Shown: positions 1 to 8,953, counted from the stretch's first letter. The stretch: 64,000 bases of DNA from an uncultured Alphaproteobacteria bacterium (GCA_963775515.1 CAVZIQ010000003.1:198308-262307), one strand, 5' to 3'. Notes: generated by a model not told the origin, from the sequence alone. Program-made: numbers and translations.

Positions 1-306
1 ACTTGGAGTGTCCGAGATCCCTCGCCGCAGACCGTAAGCTTGATCGCCAACTTGGCGGATTTATCCGGCGCCGGGAGCACGGTGATCGTGCGTGACTCCG
101 CGGCGCCGCCGCCACCCGATGCGACGGGGCTCTATGGGGTCTATCTGGGACCTGCGCCGCATGCGACGTTTACGGACGGCGGCGTGACGCTCGCTTTCAC
201 AAATTTTCCGGGAGTGCTGGCGTCGGCGAGCATGATTGAGGACAACCCGATATCGCCCGCCACGGCCGGCGGTCCTGGATGGCTGCGCATCGACGCTCAA
301 TTCTGA
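1..306 (+). CDS. 3' end of an unidentified protein-coding gene (partial, open to the window edge)
   Basis: The frame of listed ORF 40..306 has no stop back to nt 1. GC-rich third positions. No domain recognised. Confidence 0.3.
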   Translation, partial: TWSVRDPSPQTVSLIANLADLSGAGSTVIVRDSAAPPPPDATGLYGVYLGPAPHATFTDGGVTLAFTNFPGVLASASMIEDNPISPATAGGPGWLRIDAQF

Positions 307-358
307 CGGCGGCTGAAGTCCGGTTTGTCCGCGCTGAGCCAGCCGGCACTTAGCGCAT

Positions 359-2197
359 TCACGCCAGCGGCCAAACCCGCACCGCGTCGGCGTCGATGTC
401 GAAGCGGCAGGCGCTGCCGGGAACGGGATCGACGTAGCCGGCCGTAGCGTCGATCGACGCCTCGCCAAAACGCAGCGTGATCTGATGACCCGCGGCGATG
501 CGGGTAACGGCTTCGACTACGCCACTGTAGCGGCCGGTCTCGCTCAAGCGCACGCGCGCCGGCGACACGGTCCAGCCGACATGCGCCCCGGGTGTTAGCG
601 GCGGCCCGGCGACTTTGAGCACGACATCCGCGCCAATCGCGATGCTGTCGGCGCCGACCGCGATGCCGTCGGCGGCATGATCGGCGCCGAGAAGCCGTGC
701 CACCGTTTCGTTGTTCGGCCGCCGAAACACTTCGTCAGTCGGGCCCGATTGGAGGACCCGGCCGTTTTCGAATACGAGAATTTCATCGGCGAGCATCGCC
801 GCCTCCGCCGGATCGTGGGTGACGAGAATTGTCGTCGCGGTGAGCTCGTTTTGCAGCGCCAGCATTTCCCGCCGCAGCCTCGCGCGCAGCGGCGCGTCGA
901 GCGCGGAAAACGGCTCGTCGAGCAGCAACAGGCGGGCAGGGCGCACCAGCGCACGCGCCAGTGCGACGCGTTGTTGTTGACCGAGCGAGAGCGCCTCGGG
1001 ACGCCGCCGTTCGAGGCCGCGAAGTCCGAGACGATCGATCCAATGCTTTGCCGAATCCGGATCGGCGCCCAGCGGAAACTCAAGCTGCTCGACCACCGTG
1101 AGGTGGGGGAACAGGCCGTAATTTTGCGGCACATAGGCAATGCCGCGCGCGGCGGGTTCGAGCGAAGCGATGTCACGGCCATCGAGCAGGATGCTGCCGC
1201 GATCGCAAGCTTCGATGCCGGCAATCATCTTCAGCGTCAGCGATTTGCCCGAGCCGGACGGCCCGACGATGGCGAGACGGCGCGCCTGCGGCGACCACGC
1301 GACGTCGAGATGGAAACTGCCGAGCCGCTTTTGCAGTTGCAGAGCGAGATCGACCGCGCGGGTCGTCGCGGCAGGCCGCGCGGCAATATCGGGCGGCACG
1401 CCGGGCAACGCGCCGGCCGATGATGCCACCGCCGCTCGTGCCGAAGCCCGATTGCCGGCAAATGTACTGAACAGCATGATCGCCAGCGCCAGCCCGACCG
1501 CGGGCAGCAGCACCGGCAGCATCGCCGGAAGACCTTGCGCGCCGAACGCGACATAGGTGTAAACCGGCAGCGAGTAGGGATGATAGGCGACCATTACCGT
1601 GGCGCCGAATTCGCCGAAGGCGCGCAGCCACGCCAGCAACAGTCCGGAAACAATGGCCGGCCGCACGATCGGCATGCTGACGCGGAAGAACACGTAGAGC
1701 GGACCGCGCCCGAGCGTCGCGGCGACGTCCTCGAGGCCCGGATCCATCGCGGCGAACGCCGAACGCGCGGCGATGATCAGAAACGGCGCGGCGACGAAAA
1801 CTTCGGCAAGCACGATGCCGGCGAAGGAATCGGTCAGCGCGCCGCCGGTGAGACGGCCGACGGGCGTCGCGTAGCCGACCAGAAACAGCAGCAGGATGCC
1901 GCTGGCGAGCGGCGGTAAAGCCAGCGGCAGCTGGACGAGAAAGCCCAACAACCCGACGGCGCGGCCCGAAACCCGCGCCAACAGATAACCGAGCGGAATG
2001 CCGCCGAGCGCGATCAGCACCGTCGCCGTCGTTGCGCTTGCGATCGAAACGGCCGACGCGCGAACGAGCGCCGCCGTGTCGACGGAATTCCAATCGGCAA
2101 TTCCCGCCTGCTGCGCTCCCGCAATCAGCGGCGCGATCAGATAGATCGCGAGCAGCCCGGCGAGCCAGGGAATAAGTGCGGGAACGCGGCGCGTCAC
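359..2197 (-). CDS. Fused ABC-transporter permease + ATPase of the molybdate/tungstate/sulfate oxyanion family (ModB-ModC-like fusion)
   Basis: The N-terminal half is a multi-TM permease. The C-terminal half has Walker A 'GPSGSGKS', ABC signature 'LSLGQQQR', Walker B 'LLLLDEPFSALD' and a TOBE-like tail. Lies in an operon with a binding protein and Mop. Confidence 0.85.
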   Translation of the reverse strand: MTRRVPALIPWLAGLLAIYLIAPLIAGAQQAGIADWNSVDTAALVRASAVSIASATTATVLIALGGIPLGYLLARVSGRAVGLLGFLVQLPLALPPLASGILLLFLVGYATPVGRLTGGALTDSFAGIVLAEVFVAAPFLIIAARSAFAAMDPGLEDVAATLGRGPLYVFFRVSMPIVRPAIVSGLLLAWLRAFGEFGATVMVAYHPYSLPVYTYVAFGAQGLPAMLPVLLPAVGLALAIMLFSTFAGNRASARAAVASSAGALPGVPPDIAARPAATTRAVDLALQLQKRLGSFHLDVAWSPQARRLAIVGPSGSGKSLTLKMIAGIEACDRGSILLDGRDIASLEPAARGIAYVPQNYGLFPHLTVVEQLEFPLGADPDSAKHWIDRLGLRGLERRRPEALSLGQQQRVALARALVRPARLLLLDEPFSALDAPLRARLRREMLALQNELTATTILVTHDPAEAAMLADEILVFENGRVLQSGPTDEVFRRPNNETVARLLGADHAADGIAVGADSIAIGADVVLKVAGPPLTPGAHVGWTVSPARVRLSETGRYSGVVEAVTRIAAGHQITLRFGEASIDATAGYVDPVPGSACRFDIDADAVRVWPLA

Positions 2198-2233
2198 GTG
2201 TCCTGGTTCACCTGGCTCGGTTCACTACTTGGT

Positions 2234-3157
2234 TCATTTGGCCTGATCGAGCAGCGATTGGATGTCTTTCGGCATGCCGCCGGCATCTCCGGAGAGCGCC
2301 AGCTTTTGCACGCCGAGCCCGTGCGCCTTCATCAAGCTTTGTCCGTCGTCGCCGAGAAGAAACGCAACGAATTTGTCGGCGCCGTCGGCATTCGGCGCAT
2401 TATGCAGAATGGTGGCGGTGTACACAGCCTTGGGCGCGATTTCGGCCGGCAGCGCAAGCGCCGGTATCTTGGCGTCCGCGGTTTCGGTCGAATAGAAAAA
2501 GCCGGCATCGAGCTGACCCGATTGCAGGCGGCCGACCAGAGTTTCCTCCGGCAATACCTGGTCCGGGTTGTCGGGCGTGCCGAGCACTTTTTCCGACAGT
2601 TCTGGGCTTTTGTAGAAGGTTTCCGCCTGTTTCATCAGCGTCACCGTAAGCGCGCCCTTGGGATCGAGCTTCGGGTCGGTGCGGCCGATCTTGATTCCCG
2701 GCTCCATGAGCACCTGATACCACGGCTTCGATTTGAAGTCGGCGGCGAACTTACTCGATACATTGTAGCCGATGACGACCGGAGATTGGGCGAAGGTAAC
2801 GTACCAGCTCACCCAATCGCCGTTCGCCGCGCCCATCAGGCTGTCGTTGACCTTGGGACTGGCGCTGACGAACACGTCGCCCTGACGGAGCTTGCCCTTG
2901 ATCTGATTGGCAAGCCCGCTCGATCCGCCGGCAAAGCCCTGGAACGTGTCGCCGCTCGCCTTGTCGAAGGCCGGCCCGACGCCGTGTTCCATCAGATTGA
3001 CCAGCGATCCGGCGTAAAGCACGTTGACTTTCCCCGCGGCAAAAGCCGCGGGAGGCGACGACAGGCCGGCTGTGAGTAGTGCCGCGCCCGACAGTAGCAA
3101 CAGCGTGGTAAATCGTCGAGCAGATTTAACGACGGAAAGCATTGGCATCTCCTTCAT
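2234..3157 (-). CDS. Periplasmic oxyanion (molybdate/tungstate-type) substrate-binding protein
   Basis: Signal peptide, then 'AGKVNVLYAGSLVNLME...FAGGSSGLANQIK', typical of ModA/WtpA-like type-2 binding proteins. Directly upstream of the permease-ATPase gene. Confidence 0.8.
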   Translation of the reverse strand: MKEMPMLSVVKSARRFTTLLLLSGAALLTAGLSSPPAAFAAGKVNVLYAGSLVNLMEHGVGPAFDKASGDTFQGFAGGSSGLANQIKGKLRQGDVFVSASPKVNDSLMGAANGDWVSWYVTFAQSPVVIGYNVSSKFAADFKSKPWYQVLMEPGIKIGRTDPKLDPKGALTVTLMKQAETFYKSPELSEKVLGTPDNPDQVLPEETLVGRLQSGQLDAGFFYSTETADAKIPALALPAEIAPKAVYTATILHNAPNADGADKFVAFLLGDDGQSLMKAHGLGVQKLALSGDAGGMPKDIQSLLDQAK

Positions 3158-3170
3158 AGCTGTGAGTAGT

Positions 3171-3668
3171 TCAATCCGGCGTGACTACAAATGTGAGAGC
3201 GTGCGCCGTCGTGCCGCTGAGCTCGACGGTAAATGGCGCTGCGGCAAGCTCGAATTTCACGCTCTTGGCGATGCCGGCGCAGCCGCTCGCTCCGCTGAAC
3301 GCGGTTGATTTCAAGGCGATCCCATTTTGGATAACGTCGATCCAAGCCGGTCCCGCAAGCGTGACGCGATAGGTGCCCGATTTCGGAATTGCCGAAAGGC
3401 GGATAAACCCGGCGTATGTGACGGGAGATTTCGGCGCGCGCGACGGCGGCACGGGCAGTTTCGCGTCGGCGTACGGCGCCAGCGCGACAGTCACCGCCGT
3501 CCCCGGCGGCTGCAGCGTTTCGCCGCCGGACGGCAGTTGCGACGGCGACGCCAGCAGAGCGCGCTCATGGTCGAGCGGCCACTTGAATTTGTCGCAGCCG
3601 ACGGGCTCCTGCGCCAATGCCGGCGCCGCGATCAGAAGCGCGATCGGAATAAGCCAATGTTTCTTCAT
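3171..3668 (-). CDS. Secreted protein of unknown function embedded in the Mo/W uptake operon
   Basis: Clear signal peptide 'MKKHWLIPIALLIAAPALAQ'. 10-13 nt spacing to both flanking operon genes. No recognised domain. Confidence 0.6.
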   Translation of the reverse strand: MKKHWLIPIALLIAAPALAQEPVGCDKFKWPLDHERALLASPSQLPSGGETLQPPGTAVTVALAPYADAKLPVPPSRAPKSPVTYAGFIRLSAIPKSGTYRVTLAGPAWIDVIQNGIALKSTAFSGASGCAGIAKSVKFELAAAPFTVELSGTTAHALTFVVTPD

Positions 3669-3677
3669 GGCGGCTGC

Positions 3678-3887
3678 CTAGGCAACGCCGATCATGACGT
3701 CGGAGGCTTTGATGACGACGATTGCCGCATCGCCGGCTTTCAAGCCGAGCTCGTCGACGGCTTCGTTGGTAATCGAGGACGTGATGACTTGGCCGGGAGC
3801 GATTTCGACCCGCACATGAGCGGTCGTTGCACCCTTTTTCACCTCGATAATTTTTCCTTTAATTTGATTGCGCGCGCTCAATTTCAT
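3678..3887 (-). CDS. mop: Molbindin (single Mop/TOBE domain molybdate-binding protein)
   Basis: 69 aa starting 'MKLSARNQIKGKIIEVKKGATTAHVRVEI...', the canonical Mop/TOBE fold signature. First gene of the operon. Confidence 0.85.
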   Translation of the reverse strand: MKLSARNQIKGKIIEVKKGATTAHVRVEIAPGQVITSSITNEAVDELGLKAGDAAIVVIKASDVMIGVA

Positions 3888-4063
3888 GAAATTCCTCGAA
3901 ATAGTTCGTCGCGCGGCTAAAACCGCGCGAATCGCACGTTTTCATGGATTTGGGGGACAAACTTCGGAGGCGCATTCCGAAGTATTGAAGACGCGCTTAC
4001 GGCGCGTCAGTGTCGAGCGGCAGACTAGCAAGGATTGCTTAGAGCGCAAAGCCCCAAGAAAAC

Positions 4064-4088
4064 GCGCTATATCGCGTCATATATGACG
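4064..4088. promoter_or_regulatory. Candidate ModE-type Mo-box operator
   Basis: 'CGCTATAT-CGCGTCA-TATATGACG' contains TATAT-N7-TATAT. It lies about 180 nt upstream of mop on the operon's promoter side. Confidence 0.4.
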
Positions 4089-4142
4089 AAACGCCGCAAC
4101 GCAGCTGCTGTCGGCCAGCGGCAGCAATGACCGAGTCGATGG

Positions 4143-4216
4143 GGCCGATGACGACGTGGCCGATGACGACGTGGCCGATGACGACGTGGCCGATGACGAC
4201 GTGGCCGATGACGACG
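4143..4216. repeat. 15-bp perfect tandem repeat, about 5 copies (GGCCGATGACGACGT)
   Basis: Read directly: four exact 15-mers plus a fifth with a terminal mismatch. Intergenic, between the receiver gene stop (4226) and the Mo-box. Confidence 0.95.
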
Positions 4217-4225
4217 AGGCGCGCG

Positions 4226-4618
4226 CTACCCGGCTTGCCGGCAAGCCTCGCGGATTCGCTCCACGAGCGTGTTGCTGAGGAACGGCTTTTCCACGATCGG
4301 AACGGCGGCCTTGGCGGCACGCAAGCTCAACGCCTCGTTGGGCTGGCTGATAACGAGAATGGCCGGCGTCGCGACCTTGTGCTCGCGCAGGAGCGCGATC
4401 AGCTCCATGCCGCTCATGCCGGGCATGCGTTGATCGACGACGAAACAATCGCAATCGCCGAAATCGCCGGAGCGCAGAAGCTCGGTGCCGCTCCGATAGG
4501 TGCGGACTATAAAGCCTTCGAGCTCAAGTGAAAATTTCAGTGAATTGCAGACCGCCACATCGTCGTCGACGACGGCGATGACCGGAAATTTTGCTGCCAA
4601 TTGGGACTGCGGCGTCAT
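4226..4618 (-). CDS. Single-domain response regulator (receiver only), FixT-like candidate
   Basis: 'VIAVVDDDVAVCNSLK...CFVVDQRMPGMSGMELI...EKPF' is a receiver domain with no output domain. Immediately downstream of fixLJ. Start taken at the ATG at 4618; the listed ORF extends to 4696. Confidence 0.8.
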   Translation of the reverse strand: MTPQSQLAAKFPVIAVVDDDVAVCNSLKFSLELEGFIVRTYRSGTELLRSGDFGDCDCFVVDQRMPGMSGMELIALLREHKVATPAILVISQPNEALSLRAAKAAVPIVEKPFLSNTLVERIREACRQAG

Positions 4619-4702
4619 AGCGGCGTGAATTGAAGGGAAACCGGCCCGGCCGCATTGATATGGCTCAATTCGGTGCACCACCCGAGCGCAGGTCAACTAG
4701 TC

Positions 4703-5320
4703 CTATTCCAGCATGCCGATGACCAGCGCCATACGCACCAGGTCGGAGAGGCTTCCGGCCTGCATCTTGTTCATGAGGTTAGCCCGGTAAATCTCCACGG
4801 TCCGCGGGCTGATGCCGAGGTCGAAGGCGATCTGCTTGTTGGCGCGGCCGGCGACCAGGCCGCCCAGCACGTCGCGCTCGCGGGCTGACAGCGTTCGCAG
4901 ACGGCTGTCGATCTCCGCACGTTCGCTGTCGCGCCTGGCCTGGCCGCCGTGCTGTTGCAGCGCCGCTTCGACGCTGGCCAGCAGCACTTCGTCGTCGAAA
5001 GGCTTTTCCAGGAAATCCACCGCGCCGATTTTCATGGCCTCGACCGCGAGCGCGACGTCGCCGTGGCCGGTGATGACGATCACCGATACGGCGACCTTGA
5101 GCTCCTTCAAGCGCCGCAACAGGTCGATCCCGCTCATGTCCGGCATGCGCACATCGGTGATGATGCAGCTTAGGCTCGGATCGGGCAGCGCCTCGAGGAA
5201 CGCTGTGGCGCTGGCGTAGCTCTTTGCCTCTATCGCGGCAGTGCGCAGCAGAAAGGCTAGCAATTCGCGAAGCGCATCGTCGTCATCGATGATGTGCACC
5301 AGTCCTTTTTCAGCCGCCAT
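4703..5320 (-). CDS. fixJ: Response regulator FixJ (receiver + LuxR-type HTH)
   Basis: '[13 protein letters not shown]...[15 protein letters not shown]...EKPF' plus '[43 protein letters not shown]'. Its start overlaps the fixL stop. Confidence 0.92.
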   Translation of the reverse strand: MAAEKGLVHIIDDDDALRELLAFLLRTAAIEAKSYASATAFLEALPDPSLSCIITDVRMPDMSGIDLLRRLKELKVAVSVIVITGHGDVALAVEAMKIGAVDFLEKPFDDEVLLASVEAALQQHGGQARRDSERAEIDSRLRTLSARERDVLGGLVAGRANKQIAFDLGISPRTVEIYRANLMNKMQAGSLSDLVRMALVIGMLE

Positions 5321-6836
5321 CCGCAGCCTCCTCCTTGGTCACGGCGGGCAAGGTGAAGGAAAACACCATGCCGCCGCCGCTGTTCGGCCGCGCCGAGATC
5401 GCGCCGCCATGGGCCTCGATGATGGTGCGCGAAATCGACAGGCCGACGCCCATGCCCGTGCGTTTCGTGGTGACAAAGGGCTGGAACAATTGCGCGGCGA
5501 TCTCCGGCGCAATTCCGGCGCCGGAATCGGCGACGCTGATCTCGATCGAGCCGTTTTGCGCCGGCGCTGTCGCGATAGCCAGTTCTCGCGTCGTGGAATC
5601 CTCCATCGCCTCGACGGCATTGCGCATGAGATTGAGCAAAACCTGCTGCACCTGGACCCTGTCGGCAAGCACGAAATCGAGCCCCGGCGCGAAGGCGTAG
5701 CGCACCCGCACGCCTTTGTCCTTGGCGCCGACCAGCGCCAGCGCGCTTGCCTCCTCGACCAGCTTCTTTACATCCTCGACCCGCCGCTCGCTCTCGCCGC
5801 GGGCGACGAAATCGCGGAGCCGGCGGATGATATTGCCGGCGCGCAATGCCTGATCGGCGGCCTTGTCCATGGCGTCGCGAACCAAGTCGGCGTTCTCATC
5901 GGATCGGTTGGCCAGGAGCCGGCGCGATCCTTTCATGTAATTGGCGATGGCCGACAGCGGCTGGTTGAGCTCATGGGCAAGCGCCGAAGCCATTTCGCCC
6001 ATCGCGGTCAGCCGCGACATGTGGACGAGTTCGGACTGCAATTCCTGCAGCCGGGCTTCGGTGTCCTGCCTCTCGGTGAGATCGCGAATGAAGCCGGTGA
6101 AGAAGCGCCGATCGCGCACGTGCATCTCTCCGACGGCAAGCTCCATGGGAAAGGTCGAGCCGTCGCGGCGCTGGCCGACGACGACACGGCCGATGCCGAT
6201 GATCCGCCGCTCTCCGGTGCGCAGATAACGGTTAAGGTAGCTGTCGTGGTCCTCGCGGTATGGCGTCGGCATCAGAAGTCTTGACATTTTTTCCACGACA
6301 TCCGGCGCGGCATGGCCGAACAAACGCTCCGCGGCCGAACTGAAGGACTGGATGAGGCCGCGTTCGTCGATGACGATCATGGCTTCGGGAATGCTGTCGA
6401 GGATCGATGCGAGATGAGCGGCGCGCGCCTCGGCATCTTGCGCATTCGAAGTTGCGGCGCGGCGAAAGCGAGACAGCATCTCGCCGCGCCACGATATGCC
6501 GATGCCGACCAGGGCGAAGACCGCGGCGGTCACCGCGTCCGCTGCCGATAGCATGCGGAAGTCCCTGATGAAAAACAGGCCAAGCGTTACGCCAAGGGCA
6601 GTGGCCAGTAGGCCGGGCCCCCAGCCGCCGACCGCCGAAGCGATCAGAATAGCCGGGATAAAGAAAAGGTACGAAGCCTGGCCGCGCAGTACATCGGCCA
6701 GCGCCAGCTCGGCGGCAAGCCCGACCGCAATGGCGACAATCGCGGCGCCATAGTGTCCGGCAATTCTGCGCCAAGCCCGCGGCGCCAATCCCGCCGGAGC
6801 CGTGAACAATCGCGAACCGGGCGAAGTTTCAGCCAT
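5310..6836 (-). CDS. fixL: Oxygen-sensor histidine kinase FixL (membrane N-terminus, heme-PAS, HisKA/HATPase)
   Basis: Heme-PAS block '[50 protein letters not shown]'. H-box '[13 protein letters not shown]'. ATPase G-boxes 'DSGAGI', 'GMGVGLSI'. About 4 TM segments at the N-terminus. Confidence 0.92.
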   Translation of the reverse strand: MAETSPGSRLFTAPAGLAPRAWRRIAGHYGAAIVAIAVGLAAELALADVLRGQASYLFFIPAILIASAVGGWGPGLLATALGVTLGLFFIRDFRMLSAADAVTAAVFALVGIGISWRGEMLSRFRRAATSNAQDAEARAAHLASILDSIPEAMIVIDERGLIQSFSSAAERLFGHAAPDVVEKMSRLLMPTPYREDHDSYLNRYLRTGERRIIGIGRVVVGQRRDGSTFPMELAVGEMHVRDRRFFTGFIRDLTERQDTEARLQELQSELVHMSRLTAMGEMASALAHELNQPLSAIANYMKGSRRLLANRSDENADLVRDAMDKAADQALRAGNIIRRLRDFVARGESERRVEDVKKLVEEASALALVGAKDKGVRVRYAFAPGLDFVLADRVQVQQVLLNLMRNAVEAMEDSTTRELAIATAPAQNGSIEISVADSGAGIAPEIAAQLFQPFVTTKRTGMGVGLSISRTIIEAHGGAISARPNSGGGMVFSFTLPAVTKEEAADGG

Positions 6837-6913
6837 TGCAAGGCCGGTGAACCGTCTACTGTCATCTCGGCCCGGATCAGCATTAACACTGCTAATTCAA
6901 AGGCTTCGCGATT

Positions 6914-6956
6914 AGATATCCCTAAGCATAAGGGGAAACCCTTAGGGTCAATATCT
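6914..6956. promoter_or_regulatory. Imperfect inverted repeats in the fixL-fixK divergent intergenic region (candidate FixJ operator)
   Basis: 'AGATATCCCTAAG' (6914-6926) faces 'CTTAGGGtcaATATCT' (6941-6956). Nested perfect palindrome TAAGGG-N4-CCCTTA at 6929-6944. Confidence 0.3.
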
Positions 6957-7019
6957 GAATTTTCCGCGTCTCAGCCGAGGCTTAGCAATACCTCCCGACG
7001 CTCCTGGAGGTAAAGGCCC

Positions 7020-7736
7020 ATGCACACGCGCAGCGCAATTCGCACCGACGTCATCCGCCGCCCCGTCGTCTCCACGCGCCAAGTGGCGCTTGTTCCTAGT
7101 TCCTTGCACGACGACGCGCTCGCTACCGGCGCGCTCGACCAATCGATGCAGCTGATGGGTGCGACGATGGCCTATCCGCGCAATTCCGAAATTTTCGGCG
7201 ACAACGAAGCGGCCGACTACCTGTACAAAGTGGTCAGCGGCAGTGTCCGCACCTATAAGATTCTCAGCGATGGCCGCCGTCAGATCGGCGGGTTTTATCT
7301 TCCCGGCGATATTTTCGGTCTTGAATTCACCGACGAGCATACGCTGTCCGCCGAGGCGATCGCCGACACCAAAGTGCTCGTGGTCAAGCGCAGCGCAATC
7401 AACGCATTGGCCGGGCGCGATGCGTCGGTCGCCCGGCAGCTCTTCACGCTGACCGGGCGCGAGCTGCACCGGGTGCAGGATCGCATTCTGCTCCTCATCA
7501 AGAGCGCGCAGGAGCGCGTCGCGAGCTTCCTCTTGGAAATGTCGGAGCGCGTGTCGGGTGCCAATGCCATTGAGCTTCCGATGTCGCGCCAGGATATCGC
7601 CGATTACCTCGGCCTGACGATCGAGACAGTGTCGCGGACGCTCACTTCGTTGGAAGACGTAGCCGCGATCGAAGTGCCGACGTCGCGCCGCATCGTGCTG
7701 CGCAATCGTTTGGCGCTGAGCCGCATGAACGGTTGA
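7020..7736 (+). CDS. fixK: Crp/Fnr-family transcription factor FixK
   Basis: cNMP-like domain 'YLYKVVSGSVRTYKILSDGRRQIGGFYLPGDIFGLE'. HTH 'MSRQDIADYLGLTIETVSRTLTSLE'. No N-terminal Cys cluster, so FixK-type rather than FnrN-type. Divergent from fixLJ. Confidence 0.88.
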   Translation: MHTRSAIRTDVIRRPVVSTRQVALVPSSLHDDALATGALDQSMQLMGATMAYPRNSEIFGDNEAADYLYKVVSGSVRTYKILSDGRRQIGGFYLPGDIFGLEFTDEHTLSAEAIADTKVLVVKRSAINALAGRDASVARQLFTLTGRELHRVQDRILLLIKSAQERVASFLLEMSERVSGANAIELPMSRQDIADYLGLTIETVSRTLTSLEDVAAIEVPTSRRIVLRNRLALSRMNG

Positions 7737-7782
7737 GATCGCACGCTCGTTTCGAGACGCAATTCACGGATGGAGAGGGGTC

Positions 7783-8511
7783 ATGCAAGTCAAAGATGTC
7801 ATGACGCGGAACGTCATTTCTATCGGTGCTGACGAGCCAGTCATCAAGGCTGCGCGCATGATGCTGGAGAATCGGATCAGCGGACTGCCCGTGGTCGACG
7901 CGAAGAGCCAGTTGGTCGGTGTCGTGACCGAAGGAGATTTTCTCCGGCGCCGCGAAATCGGCACCGAGCGGCAGCGTCCGAAATGGCTCGAATTCGTCCT
8001 CGGCCCGGGCAAACTGGCCCAGGAATACGTGCAAACTTCGGGAAGGAAAGTCGCGGAGATCATGACGCTCAATCCTTGGACCGTTGGCGAAGACGATGCG
8101 CTCGAGGATGTCGTCGAAATCATGGAACGCCGTCACATCAAGCGGCTTCCCGTTATCCGGGCCGGGCAGATGGTCGGCATTATCAGCCGCGCCAATCTGA
8201 TGCACGCGCTGGCGAGTTTATCCCGCGACATTCCGGCTCCGGCCGGCGGCGATTCGGCGATCCGCGACAACATCATTGCGGCGCTTGGCAAGCAGCATTG
8301 GGCGCCGCACGTCAACGTCGTTGTCAAAAATGGCGTCGCCGAAATTTGGGGCATCGTCACCGACGACCGTGAGCGTCAGGCACTAGTCGTTGCCACCGAA
8401 AATGTACCCGGTGTCGCGAAGGTGCGTGACCATCTGGTCTGGGTCGAGCCGATGTCGGGCATGGCGTTTCCTTCCGTCGAAGACGAAGCCAAGGAACGCG
8501 CGGCGTCGTGA
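7783..8511 (+). CDS. CBS-pair + BON domain protein
   Basis: Two CBS repeats ('VKDVMTRNVISIGADEPV...', 'VAEIMTLNPWTVGEDDAL...') and a C-terminal BON-like 'VNVVVKNGVAEIWGIV...NVPGVAKVRDHLV'. Confidence 0.85.
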   Translation: MQVKDVMTRNVISIGADEPVIKAARMMLENRISGLPVVDAKSQLVGVVTEGDFLRRREIGTERQRPKWLEFVLGPGKLAQEYVQTSGRKVAEIMTLNPWTVGEDDALEDVVEIMERRHIKRLPVIRAGQMVGIISRANLMHALASLSRDIPAPAGGDSAIRDNIIAALGKQHWAPHVNVVVKNGVAEIWGIVTDDRERQALVVATENVPGVAKVRDHLVWVEPMSGMAFPSVEDEAKERAAS

Positions 8512-8541
8512 GACGGCGTCCGGCGGAAATGGGATCAAATC

Positions 8542-8901
8542 ATGCAGTGGATCGTGCGCTTATGCATCGGCATTGCCAGCCTCGCCAATATCGCGGCGAT
8601 TCTGTTGACGATGACGGCTTCGCCGGCAAAGGCCGATAACGTGCTGTCGCCGGCGGCCCAACGCGGCTTCGTTCTGCTGCGCGAGGATTGCACGCGCTGC
8701 CACGCGATCGGCAAGGTCGGCGACAGCCCGCTAAAAATCGCGCCGCCGTTCCGCACGCTGCATGAGCGCTATCCGGTCGAGGATCTCGAAGAGCCTCTCG
8801 CCGAGGGCATCATCACCGGCCATCCGACTATGCCGGAATTCCGTTTCGACCCCGGCCAGGTCGGCGACATCATCGCCTACCTGAAGTCGCTCGAGCACTA
8901 A
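8542..8901 (+). CDS. Small secreted c-type cytochrome
   Basis: Signal/anchor sequence, single heme motif 'CTRCH', distal 'HPTMPEF'. Confidence 0.8.
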   Translation: MQWIVRLCIGIASLANIAAILLTMTASPAKADNVLSPAAQRGFVLLREDCTRCHAIGKVGDSPLKIAPPFRTLHERYPVEDLEEPLAEGIITGHPTMPEFRFDPGQVGDIIAYLKSLEH

Positions 8902-8953
8902 ATCGGCAATGTTTGGGCGAAGTAGCTCGATTCATGTGAATAAAAAAGCCGCG

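Noticed and set aside
3888-4060. Possible Moco riboswitch in the mop leader ('GCGCCUCCGAAG' and three hairpins).
   Set aside because: I cannot reproduce the RF01055 consensus from memory well enough to call it. The observation is kept only as a note under the Mo-box finding, and it needs an Infernal search.
4143-4216. Possible CRISPR array.
   Set aside because: The repeats are directly adjacent 15-mers with no spacers, and no cas genes are present. This is a simple tandem repeat.
4039-4531. ORFs 4039..4320(-) and 4127..4531(+), which encode 'VIGHV' and 'MTTWP' pentapeptide repeats.
   Set aside because: Both are by-products of the 15-bp tandem DNA repeat. They overlap the real receiver gene in the wrong frame or strand and have no start context. 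Treated as a DNA repeat, not as repeat proteins.
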